Source of the DNA: Pedobacter sp. | GTDB lineage: Bacteria; Desulfobacterota; Desulfuromonadia; Desulfuromonadales; Syntrophotaleaceae | Direction of reading: 5' to 3' | NCBI GenBank assembly: GCA_050253415.1 | Contig: JBFWJC010000003.1 | Location: forward strand, 224,001-288,000 | DNA: 64,000 nt | In this document: piece by piece, positions 1 through 8,732 of the stretch | Layout: every line of letters starts with the position of its first letter | Numbering within the stretch: position 1 is the stretch's first letter | Program-made: the position numbers and the translations under genes | The notes under the pieces: model-generated | The model's input: the letters and a program-made list of their open reading frames with translations, nothing else | The model's database searches: none | Told to the model about the DNA's origin: nothing

Positions 1-740
1 TTGATCTGTTCCCGGAGGAAAGCCTGCGGCATCTGGCCGCGGATTCTGGGTTGCACCCTCGTTTACTTTCTTTTTTGGCCAGGCGATACGCCGGACGTCA
101 TGGGTTGGATGCTTTGCTGATCGCAAACCCTTCGCTTCCGGATGAACTGCGCCATAATCTGCAGGTCGCTGCCAATGAAAACAGGACAGAAAAACCGGTA
201 GAGATAACCGAATCATCCCAGGGTGAGACGCCGGACGATATTCAGGAGGAAGATGGTTCCGACGACTCAAACACAGAAACGTCCGACGAATTGGACACTG
301 TTGAAGAGCCCGATAGCTCCGAACATCTCAGTAAGTATCAGATGACGATGCAAATGGGGGTGGCGGAAAAGATCAAGGCGGCCCAGACAGGGGATAAAGA
401 ATGGCGTGGACTGCTGATCAACGATTCCAATAAGCTGGTTTCGTCTGCGGTACTGAAAAATCCTCGGATTACCGAGGGCGAGGTTTACGCTGTTGCCCGC
501 AATAAATCGACCAATGATGAATTGATTCGCCTCATTCTTCTCAATCGTGAATGGATCAAAAATTACAGTATCAAACTTGCTCTGGTCATGCACCCGCGCA
601 CCCCGTTAGGCAATGCCTTGAGATTTATGGGAGTGCTAACGGAGAAGGATTTGAAAAATCTGGTAAAGAGCCGCGAAATTTCGCCGGTAATTGTTAATAA
701 TGCGCGTCGTATGCTGTTGGCCAAGGATAAACGTCGTTGA
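1..740 (+). CDS. Conserved hypothetical protein, 5'-truncated by the window edge; acidic linker plus helical C-terminal domain
   Basis: The frame is open from position 3 (DLFPEESLRHL...) to TGA at 740. A D/E-rich linker precedes a C-terminal region (KIKAAQTGDKEWRGLLINDSNKLVSSAVLKNPRIT) resembling conserved deltaproteobacterial hypotheticals. Confidence 0.8.
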   Translation, partial: DLFPEESLRHLAADSGLHPRLLSFLARRYAGRHGLDALLIANPSLPDELRHNLQVAANENRTEKPVEITESSQGETPDDIQEEDGSDDSNTETSDELDTVEEPDSSEHLSKYQMTMQMGVAEKIKAAQTGDKEWRGLLINDSNKLVSSAVLKNPRITEGEVYAVARNKSTNDELIRLILLNREWIKNYSIKLALVMHPRTPLGNALRFMGVLTEKDLKNLVKSREISPVIVNNARRMLLAKDKRR

Positions 741-940
741 TTTCATTTGCCTGCAAATGTGCACCATATGTTCGAGAATTAAAAGGTTTGCAGTATTCAT
801 TTTCAGTGTGAAAAACCTATAATCAATCGGTAACTTAGCAAAGCACGTTGTGCACAAGGAATTGCAAAACACAACGTGACAATTTCGGGCGATCCATAGC
901 CCTTTGGGTGTGGACTGTGCGTTTAAAGGAGAGAAGATCT

Positions 941-1402
941 ATGAAAGGCAAGATTGTAGCTGTATGCACCAGTCCCGAAAAAGGTGGGCGCAAAAAAGAT
1001 ATGGGGCAAGGAGTACTTGTTGAAGGGTTCGGACTTGAGGGGGATGGGCACGGTGGTGACTGGCACCGTCAGGTCAGTTTGCTGGCCATGGAAAGTATCG
1101 CTTCCATGCAGGCCAAGGGACTTGATGTCGGACCTGGGGATTTCGCCGAGAATCTTACCACCGAAGGGATCGAACTGTTTACCCTGCCGGTAGGCACACG
1201 GTTGCAGATCGGGAATCAGGTCATGCTGGAGATTTCCCAGATCGGCAAGGTTTGTCACACGCGCTGTGCCATCTATTATCAGGCTGGTGATTGCGTTATG
1301 CCGAGAGAAGGGATCTTTGCCGTGGTTCTTAAAGGTGGACCTATTAAAACCGGTGATGAAGTGCTGGTCCTGCCTCCGGTTGCCAAGGAGAATCCTGCAT
1401 GA
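941..1402 (+). CDS. MOSC domain protein (molybdenum cofactor sulfurase C-terminal-like)
   Basis: Motifs GLEGDGH, RQVSLL, PGDFAENLTTEG, QIGKVCH..C and CVMPREGIF; AAGGAG RBS before ATG 941. Confidence 0.9.
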   Translation: MKGKIVAVCTSPEKGGRKKDMGQGVLVEGFGLEGDGHGGDWHRQVSLLAMESIASMQAKGLDVGPGDFAENLTTEGIELFTLPVGTRLQIGNQVMLEISQIGKVCHTRCAIYYQAGDCVMPREGIFAVVLKGGPIKTGDEVLVLPPVAKENPA

Positions 1403-1896
1403 CCGATTATGCTTTTACTATCGGTATATTAACTCTGTCGGATAAGGGTTCGCGGGGAGAACGGGAAGATCTCAGTGGTCAGGTTATTCGTGATATCGTT
1501 GCTCCGCTGGGCAAGGTGACGCATTATCAGGTGATCCCTGATGATGTGGATATTATAGTCGAAACGCTGGTTGCCTGGGTGGATACCGATAAAGTTGATC
1601 TCATTCTCACCACCGGCGGTACAGGGCTAAGTCCGCGGGATGTCACTCCCGAGGCTACCGCACGCGTGCTCGATTGGGAGATTCCCGGCATGGCTGAGGC
1701 CATGCGCGTCGCAAGTATGCAAAAAACCCCTCACGCCATGCTGTCCAGAGCCAAGGCTGGAGTACGTCGCCAGTCCATGATTATCAACTTGCCCGGAAGT
1801 CCCAAAGGGGTGCGGGAGAATCTTGAGGTTGTCATGCCGGCCCTGGGGCATGGTTTGAAGAAATTAAAGGGTGATCCCTCGGATTGTGCGCGTTAA
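1399..1896 (+). CDS. mog: Molybdopterin adenylyltransferase (MogA/MoaB family)
   Basis: Motifs TLSDKG, TTGGTGLSPRDVTPEAT and NLPGSPKG; ATGA overlap with the MOSC gene. Confidence 0.92.
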   Translation: MTDYAFTIGILTLSDKGSRGEREDLSGQVIRDIVAPLGKVTHYQVIPDDVDIIVETLVAWVDTDKVDLILTTGGTGLSPRDVTPEATARVLDWEIPGMAEAMRVASMQKTPHAMLSRAKAGVRRQSMIINLPGSPKGVRENLEVVMPALGHGLKKLKGDPSDCAR

Positions 1897-1909
1897 CCCC
1901 GGAATATAT

Positions 1910-2611
1910 ATGGATCTAGTTGTTTCAGGAATACTTCATTACGATTTTTCCCTTCTCGGCCGTTTGGTTCTGGCGGCTGTACTTGGGGGGATGCTTGGTT
2001 TTGAACGGGAAATCCATGGTCGCCCGGCGGGGTTTCGAACACACCTGCTGGTAGCCCTCGGGGCCTGTCTGATGATGGTGGTTTCGGAATTTTTCTATCT
2101 GAAATACAACCACTTGACCAGCTCCGGGGCCATGCGGATCGATCCGGGCAGGGTGGCAGCCCAGATCGTCACGGGCATCGGATTTCTGGGTGCCGGAGCT
2201 ATTATTAAGGATGGTTCGGCTGTCCGTGGGTTAACCACCGCCGCTTGTCTATGGGTTGCCGCAGGTATCGGTATGGCAGCAGGAATGGGACTGTATCTGC
2301 TGGCAGTGGTGGTTACCGGGATGTCTGTAGGCACCCTGATGTTTCTGAAACGCGTGGAAAAGAAGATGGCCAAGGTACGTTATGGCAACCTGACGGTCTA
2401 TTGCGATCTTGATCCGGCTATCCGTAACATTCTGGAGGAATTTCTTGCTTCCGGTGGCTGGCGTCTGGTTGAAACTGCGGTGGAAAAGGATAAGGTCGCC
2501 GGAGAAGTACGTTACGATTTTGTGGTTTCCAGATACGGGGGCATGGCATCCATTCCTCTGGTAAATGACATCGCTGCCCATGAAGGTGTACGCAAGGTTC
2601 GATTCCGCTGA
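1910..2611 (+). CDS. MgtC/SapB family membrane protein
   Basis: Motifs GFERE..GRPAGFRTH, RVAAQIVTGIGFLGAG and GLTTAA.LW, followed by an ACT-like C-terminal region. Confidence 0.9.
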   Translation: MDLVVSGILHYDFSLLGRLVLAAVLGGMLGFEREIHGRPAGFRTHLLVALGACLMMVVSEFFYLKYNHLTSSGAMRIDPGRVAAQIVTGIGFLGAGAIIKDGSAVRGLTTAACLWVAAGIGMAAGMGLYLLAVVVTGMSVGTLMFLKRVEKKMAKVRYGNLTVYCDLDPAIRNILEEFLASGGWRLVETAVEKDKVAGEVRYDFVVSRYGGMASIPLVNDIAAHEGVRKVRFR

Positions 2612-2669
2612 GTCCAGATAGGGATATCATATCCGGTTCATTTCATTTTAAAAGGGGATAGAGACCGTG

Positions 2670-3401
2670 ATGTGGCCACAGAATGCAAAAACAACTATTC
2701 TGCTGGCTGATGGCGCCAGCACGATTCTCGAGGTTGAAAAAAACTTTTTCCGCCGGGAGCGCTACGATATCCTGCTGGCAAACAGTGCGCAGGAGGTTTA
2801 TGAAACCGCCATTACCCATCATCCGGACATCATTTTCATGGGATTGCAGATGCAGGAGATGTGCGGAGACGAGCTTTGCCTCAGGTTTAAAGCGCATGCG
2901 GAACTATGCCACGTCCCCGTAGTTCTCGTGGTGCAACCGCATCGTCCTGATGATTTTTTACGTTGTCAGCGATCCGGATGTGACGATATTTTGCTTAAAC
3001 CGCCCCGTCGTCATCATTTTCTCAGAGCTGTTGAAAAACACCTGAAGGTTCCGCGTCGAGCGGCCCCGCGTGTCGAAGCAAAAATGCATGTCACGTATCG
3101 CGAACCCTCCGGAGAGCATGCACTGACCCATTTTTCCATTAACATCAGCACCGGAGGGCTTTTCATTGAAACGGAGACCCCTTTGCCTGTCGGCACGCCG
3201 TTGCTGCTCGATTTTACCCTTCCCGGACATCATGATATTGTTCGCTGCAAGGGCAGGGTAGCATGGGTTAATCATGCCGACGGTCCAAAACATCTCCGCC
3301 TTCCTCCCGGAATGGGTCTTCAGTTCTTTGATTTGACTCTTGAGGATATGGCTCTTGTCCGCTCTTACATCATGCGTTCCCTCGTTGTTCCCGATTGGTA
3401 A
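2670..3401 (+). CDS. Atypical receiver domain plus PilZ domain protein (putative c-di-GMP effector)
   Basis: N-terminal receiver-like fold; PilZ motifs RAAPR (RxxxR) and NISTGG, then GRVAWVN...PGMGLQF. Confidence 0.88.
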   Translation: MWPQNAKTTILLADGASTILEVEKNFFRRERYDILLANSAQEVYETAITHHPDIIFMGLQMQEMCGDELCLRFKAHAELCHVPVVLVVQPHRPDDFLRCQRSGCDDILLKPPRRHHFLRAVEKHLKVPRRAAPRVEAKMHVTYREPSGEHALTHFSINISTGGLFIETETPLPVGTPLLLDFTLPGHHDIVRCKGRVAWVNHADGPKHLRLPPGMGLQFFDLTLEDMALVRSYIMRSLVVPDW

Positions 3402-3433
3402 CGGGCGTGTCTTTTTGCTTTTACCATCCTTTC

Positions 3434-3460
3434 GAAACGCCCTGCCCGGGGCGTTTTTCT
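3434..3460 (+). terminator. Rho-independent terminator
   Basis: aaacgccc-loop-gggcgttt stem followed by a T-rich tail, downstream of the PilZ gene. Confidence 0.7.
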
Positions 3461-3638
3461 TTATCTTCGTTTAAAAGATTTCATTTTATTCACAATAACT
3501 TGTACGCCTGATTAGCGTTTGACCTGTTCAGATCTTTATGGTATTCAAATCCGCAATTAGATACGATGTTTTATTTTTAAAGATAAAATGGCTGAAAAAT
3601 ATAAAGCGTCTTGCATGTTACAGGGAAGGATTTGCGAT

Positions 3639-5303
3639 ATGAGCAAACAACTGCATTTTACCATGGGACAATTGCTGGAGGATATTGCAAGACGGTATCC
3701 GGATAATGATGCTTTGGTTTATCCGGATCGTGATTTGCGATATTCCTACCAGGAATTCGATGCCGTTTGTGATCGTGTGGCCAAAGGGTTGTTGGCCATG
3801 GGAGTAGGAAAAGGCGACCATGTAGCTATCTGGGCTACCAATGTACCCGAGTGGGTTGTCCTGCAGTTCGCATCCGCTAAAATTGGCGCTATCCTGGTGA
3901 CGGTGAATACCAATTACAAAGCCGTCGAGTTGGAATATGTGCTGAAACAGTCCGATTCCACCACTTTGTTTCTGGTGCAGGGGTTCAAGGACACGGACTA
4001 TGTGGAAACCCTCTACAGTGTGGTGCCCGAATTGCGCGATGCACCCCCGGGAGAACTTCAGTCGCAACGCCTGCCGTTTCTGAAAAATGTGGTTTTTTTG
4101 GGCGATCAGGACTTTTCCGGAATGCGTCGCTGGACTGCTATCGAGGCTCTTGGTCAAGGGGTGCCTGATGACCGGTTGGCTGCTGTAAAAGCGACATTGG
4201 GCGAGCATGAAGTCATCAATATGCAGTACACCTCCGGCACGACCGGTTTCCCCAAAGGGGTGATGCTGACCCATTACAATATCATCAACAATGGTTTTAA
4301 TATCGGCGAGTGCATGCGTTTTACCGAAAAGGACCGACTATGCATTCCTGTGCCATTCTTTCATTGTTTTGGCTGTGTGCTTGGGGTGCTGGCCTGCGTG
4401 ACCCATGGCAGTACCATGGTGCCTGTTGAGATTTTCAATCCTGAGGTAGTGTTGCGTACCATCGCGTCTGAGCGATGTACTGCCGTGCATGGCGTGCCCA
4501 CCATGTTTATCGCTGAACTCGATCATCCCAACTTCCCCCGCTACGATTTAAGCAGTTTGCGCACTGGTATCATGGCCGGTTCCCCCTGTCCCACAGAGGT
4601 CATGAAACGTGTTATTCGCGAGATGTACATGACCGAAATCACTATCGCCTATGGTCAGACCGAATCTTCGCCTGTCATCACCCAGACCCGCACCGATGAT
4701 CCTTTGGAGTTGCGCGTGGCTACCGTGGGGCGGGCTTTGCCGGAAGTCGAGGTGAAAATTGTGGATATCGAGACCGGCGAGGCCCTTCCTCCTGGTCGGC
4801 AAGGTGAACTCTGCACGCGCGGTTATCTCGTGATGAAAGGTTATTACAAGATGCCTGAGGAAACCGCCAGGGTCATCGATACGGATGGCTGGTTGCATAC
4901 AGGCGATCTCGCGGTCATGGACGAAAACGGATACTGTAAGATTACCGGCCGCATTAAAAATATGATTATTCGTGGTGGGGAAAATATCTATCCTCGAGAG
5001 ATCGAAGAATTTCTTTACACCTATCCCAAGGTTGCCGATGTGCAGGTGTATGGTGTTCCCGATGCCAAATATGGCGAGCAGGTCATGGCAGCGATCAAAC
5101 TTAAAGAAAACACCTCTGCCACTGTCGAGGAAATCGTGAATTTCTGTCGCGGCAGTATCGCCAATTACAAGGTGCCCCGCTATGTCAAGTTCGTCGATGA
5201 TTTTCCGATGACCGCCAGCGGTAAAATACAAAAATTCAAATTGCGTGAGATGGCCATTAAAGAGCTGAACCTGGAAGAGGCTGCTTCGGTGGAGACGGCA
5301 TGA
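3639..5303 (+). CDS. AMP-forming acyl-CoA synthetase (fatty-acid CoA ligase-like)
   Basis: Motifs [37 protein letters not shown] and SGKIQK. Start placed at ATG 3639 after a GGAAGGA RBS. Confidence 0.93.
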   Translation: MSKQLHFTMGQLLEDIARRYPDNDALVYPDRDLRYSYQEFDAVCDRVAKGLLAMGVGKGDHVAIWATNVPEWVVLQFASAKIGAILVTVNTNYKAVELEYVLKQSDSTTLFLVQGFKDTDYVETLYSVVPELRDAPPGELQSQRLPFLKNVVFLGDQDFSGMRRWTAIEALGQGVPDDRLAAVKATLGEHEVINMQYTSGTTGFPKGVMLTHYNIINNGFNIGECMRFTEKDRLCIPVPFFHCFGCVLGVLACVTHGSTMVPVEIFNPEVVLRTIASERCTAVHGVPTMFIAELDHPNFPRYDLSSLRTGIMAGSPCPTEVMKRVIREMYMTEITIAYGQTESSPVITQTRTDDPLELRVATVGRALPEVEVKIVDIETGEALPPGRQGELCTRGYLVMKGYYKMPEETARVIDTDGWLHTGDLAVMDENGYCKITGRIKNMIIRGGENIYPREIEEFLYTYPKVADVQVYGVPDAKYGEQVMAAIKLKENTSATVEEIVNFCRGSIANYKVPRYVKFVDDFPMTASGKIQKFKLREMAIKELNLEEAASVETA

Positions 5304-6517
5304 ATGACCCCACGTCCGAAGCCGGTTCAGCATATGTGCCGGTAACGGAACTCGCAACACGCTGGCGAAATCTTCAAAAAAAGATGGCTGCAGCCGGGCT
5401 TGATGCTGTGGTTGTGATGCAGAATGCCGATCTGTACTATTTCTCAGGTACCTTGCAAAGCGGTCTGCTGTATATTCCTGTTCAAGGTGATCCCGTTTAC
5501 CTGGTGCGCCGGGATGAACAGCGGGCCCGGCACGAAAGTTTTTTGCCGCACATAGTTCCTTTTGGGAGTTTTCGGGAGCTGCCTCAAATCCTTTTTGACT
5601 GTGGCTTGCCACGCTCCGACAGAATCGGCTTCGAATTGGATGTGCTGCCTGTGGCTACCTATCAAAGGGTTCACAAAGCTCTGGGCGAACCGCATGTTGT
5701 TGATGCGACCCCGTTGATTCGATCTTTACGGGCTATCAAATCAGAGTGGGAGCTGAGCCATATGCGTCGTGCCGCCATCCAGCTTGACCAAAGCTGGCGG
5801 CACGCTATCGAAGTGGCCCGCGAGGGGCTCAGCGATCTTGAGTTGGCGATCGAGCTTGAGAGTATGGCGCGCCGTCAAGGCCACCCGGGTTATGCTCGCA
5901 TGCGCGCCTTCAATGGTGAAATCGCCATGGGTACGGTACTGGTGGGCGCAGACGGTGCCGTTCCGGCTTTTCGTAATACACCGTTAGGCGGAGTCGGCCT
6001 GCATCCCTCTGTTGGTTTTGGAGTCAGCGGGCGACGAATGGCCCGAGGGGAACCTGTAACTGTGGACCTGGTAGGTTATTGTGCAGGCTACCTGGCCGAC
6101 CAGACTCGTACCTTCGCGCTCGGCACCCTTGCCGAACCCTTACACCGCGCCTATGAAGCCATGTGTCAGATTCAGGATCTGCTGGTTCACGCCGCGCGGC
6201 CTGGCGTTGCATGGGGGTGGTTGTATCAGGAATGTTGCCGACTTGCCACCGAACTTGGCTATGAGCGACATTTTATGGGGGGGAATGCTGCCCAAGTGCC
6301 TTTTATCGGACACGGGATCGGCTTGGAAATCGATGAATATCCCTTTATCGCTCGGGGGCTGCACGATCAGGTATTGGAAGAAAACATGACCTTCGCCTTT
6401 GAACCCAAAGCGGTGTTTCCCGGGCAAGGAGCCGTAGGGATCGAAAACACCTTCGTGGTTACCGCGGAGGGTTTAGCTTCCCTTACCATTTCTGACGAGT
6501 CGCTGCGCATTTTGTAA
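5300..6517 (+). CDS. M24 family (Xaa-Pro) peptidase
   Basis: Creatinase-like N-terminal domain; metal ligands D (VDL), D (ADQTRT), H (GHGIG), E (FEPK) and E (IENT); ATGA overlap with the upstream gene. Confidence 0.9.
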   Translation: MNDPTSEAGSAYVPVTELATRWRNLQKKMAAAGLDAVVVMQNADLYYFSGTLQSGLLYIPVQGDPVYLVRRDEQRARHESFLPHIVPFGSFRELPQILFDCGLPRSDRIGFELDVLPVATYQRVHKALGEPHVVDATPLIRSLRAIKSEWELSHMRRAAIQLDQSWRHAIEVAREGLSDLELAIELESMARRQGHPGYARMRAFNGEIAMGTVLVGADGAVPAFRNTPLGGVGLHPSVGFGVSGRRMARGEPVTVDLVGYCAGYLADQTRTFALGTLAEPLHRAYEAMCQIQDLLVHAARPGVAWGWLYQECCRLATELGYERHFMGGNAAQVPFIGHGIGLEIDEYPFIARGLHDQVLEENMTFAFEPKAVFPGQGAVGIENTFVVTAEGLASLTISDESLRIL

Positions 6518-6574
6518 GGCTTGCGCCAAAGGTTATACGTGCCTACCAGAAAACAGCTTCCATTTTTTATCACC

Positions 6575-7504
6575 ATGCGGATTGCTTTTCTCTTCTGTTT
6601 ATTGCTGATTTTATGGTCTCCCGATACCGTTATGGCCTACAACGGCAGCCAAGCCGATTGCCGACGGTGCCATGCGGTTATGCCCGCCGTTCATGCCCCT
6701 GTTGCAGATGACGGGCTTGCGTGTCTGCAATGCCATGCAGGACATAACATGGAGCAATCTGCCGGGAAATCCCCGCACGGACCGGCTCGCCCGGATTGGA
6801 ACCTTCTGTGGAATGGTTCGGCTGTCGATGATATCGGTTTTATTGTGTTGCTGGTCGGTATCCTCGGTCCCGTGCTGCATGGGCTGCTGTTTTTGGGCTC
6901 GTCTGCGCTGCGTAAATCATCTTATTGTCCTGAGGTTATTGGCAAAGTCAAGTCGCGCCCCGGTGTTTTGCGTGGGTGGCATGTTATCAATGCGGCAACC
7001 GTTGTATTCCTGTCGGTGACTGGGCTTGGTTTACGCTGGAGCCTGACAGCAGCTTCTGGCCGTATTGCTGTCTGGCACAGCATCGCAGGGGGGTGGCATG
7101 TGATGACATGGGCCCTTTGGCTTGGTTTCAATGTGATATCCGGAAGTTATATCGGTCGCTATCTGAGGCCGGCTGGCGGTTGGTACGCTGGCATTACGCG
7201 ACAGATCGTTTACTATGGCTGGGGGATTTTTCGTGGTCGCCCCCATCCTTATCCCTACGAGGGTTTTAATCCGCTGCAGTCGATTGTGTATCTGCTGGTT
7301 ATGGGCCTATTGCTGCCGTTGGTGATGGTTTCGGGGGCGGGGTTGCTATCCCTGCGGTCGGTGGCATTTGCAAACATCGGATCTTGGCGCCATCCGCTAC
7401 TAGAGATACATTTTCTGGCAGGCTGTCTGCTGCTGGCATTTTTGTCCGTGCATCTTTATCTGGCTGTATGGGGGCCGGAAGGCAGGCTGTGGCGAAGATG
7501 GTAG
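6575..7504 (+). CDS. Diheme c-type cytochrome fused to a cytochrome b (Ni-hydrogenase/thiosulfate reductase b-type) domain
   Basis: Signal-like N-terminus; CRRCH and CLQCH; four candidate heme-b His in TM helices (RGWH, VWH, EIH, SVHLY); FNPLQ motif. Confidence 0.85.
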   Translation: MRIAFLFCLLLILWSPDTVMAYNGSQADCRRCHAVMPAVHAPVADDGLACLQCHAGHNMEQSAGKSPHGPARPDWNLLWNGSAVDDIGFIVLLVGILGPVLHGLLFLGSSALRKSSYCPEVIGKVKSRPGVLRGWHVINAATVVFLSVTGLGLRWSLTAASGRIAVWHSIAGGWHVMTWALWLGFNVISGSYIGRYLRPAGGWYAGITRQIVYYGWGIFRGRPHPYPYEGFNPLQSIVYLLVMGLLLPLVMVSGAGLLSLRSVAFANIGSWRHPLLEIHFLAGCLLLAFLSVHLYLAVWGPEGRLWRRW

Positions 7505-7564
7505 CCCCTGATTGAGGTGCAGGTGACAGGCCCTGATGCCAAATTTTATCTAAAAAGACCTTTC

Positions 7565-7587
7565 AACGCCCGCTGCTGCGGGCGTTT
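7565..7587. terminator. Hairpin between convergent genes (probable terminator)
   Basis: aacgcccgc-tgct-gcgggcgtt perfect stem. Confidence 0.6.
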
Positions 7588-7592
7588 GCCAT

Positions 7593-8732
7593 TCAGGGCG
7601 CGGCGGTAAACTGCTCCAGCAGATACAGGAAATTTGCCGTCAGCTGCGGGTGCAGGTCGCGCCCTGCTGATTCCAGTAGAATGGCTGCGCATTGCTCGGC
7701 GGGTTTGGGCGACTTGTAGGGGCGTCTTGTTCGCAGTGCATCGTAGGTATCGGCAATGGTTGTCATCTGGCTACACAGATGTTGGCGCCAATGGCCAGAT
7801 ACGCCAGGATAGCCGCTCAGATCATAACGCAGATGATGTTCGAAGGCGGTTACGATCGCCAGTTGCGGTACTCCCGGACAATCGAGCAAGCGACGCGCTC
7901 CCGTGATGGGATGTTCTTTCATGATGTCCCACTCCGTCTCATCCAATTTTCCCGGTTTATTCAGAATCTCCATGGGGATATAAAGCTTGCCGATGTCATG
8001 CAGCAATGCGGCAATACCGATATCGTGTAATAAGACGCCGTGTATACCGAGGTGCATGGCCTGGGCCAGATTGAGCAGGCACACATTGAGGCCATGGGTG
8101 AATGTGTATTCATCCATGGATCGTAAAGGCATGAGGGCCAGGAGCGACGGGGTTTCGCGATTGAAGGCGTTTATAAATCCGCTGACGATTTCGGCCAGTC
8201 CGGTCATCTTAATGGTTTTTTGGCGACTGAAATCTTGGAAAATTTCAGCCAGACGACCATGGCTGTCGGTCTTTATTGTCTGCAGCGTATCGGTATCGAC
8301 CGGCTGCGATGCATGCGACGGGGTGTTCGACTGCGAGGCGTCATGATTTGCCAGGGTTTCAAATCGGAGGTGGTTAAACGCGGGCTGATGGTAGGCAGGG
8401 CCAACCAGAAACGCTATCAGTTCACCAAGTTCCTCGTTTTCCAGTCCCGGAGATATGATGATCCGGTTAATGCGGTGTTGTTCTATAAGTCGTGCGAATT
8501 TTTGCGTATGAAGTGCCGGGGGCAGGGGGAAATCATCGAAAAGAATTTCCCCTTCAACGATCAGCAGGGATAGAACGCTGCGTCCCTTTAACAGGTTGTC
8601 CAGACAACGCCGCGCAGCGTCGCAGAGCCGTTTGATCTGTGGGTGGTCCAGACTGTACAGCTTGGCATTGGCGGCTGCTGTTACGAGGTGGCGCAGGGCA
8701 TTTTGTAACTCTGCCAGGTCTGCATGCTTCAT
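7593..8732 (-). CDS. HD-GYP domain cyclic-dinucleotide phosphodiesterase
   Basis: Motifs DEYTFTH, LHDIGK, ILNKPGKL, EHHLRYDLSGYP and IADTYDAL...RPYK. Confidence 0.92.
   Translation of the reverse strand: MKHADLAELQNALRHLVTAAANAKLYSLDHPQIKRLCDAARRCLDNLLKGRSVLSLLIVEGEILFDDFPLPPALHTQKFARLIEQHRINRIIISPGLENEELGELIAFLVGPAYHQPAFNHLRFETLANHDASQSNTPSHASQPVDTDTLQTIKTDSHGRLAEIFQDFSRQKTIKMTGLAEIVSGFINAFNRETPSLLALMPLRSMDEYTFTHGLNVCLLNLAQAMHLGIHGVLLHDIGIAALLHDIGKLYIPMEILNKPGKLDETEWDIMKEHPITGARRLLDCPGVPQLAIVTAFEHHLRYDLSGYPGVSGHWRQHLCSQMTTIADTYDALRTRRPYKSPKPAEQCAAILLESAGRDLHPQLTANFLYLLEQFTAAP

Noticed and set aside
741..940. Moco riboswitch or ModE box upstream of the MOSC-mog genes
   Set aside because: No recognisable riboswitch stems or ModE consensus; only short dyads such as gttgtg...cacaac.
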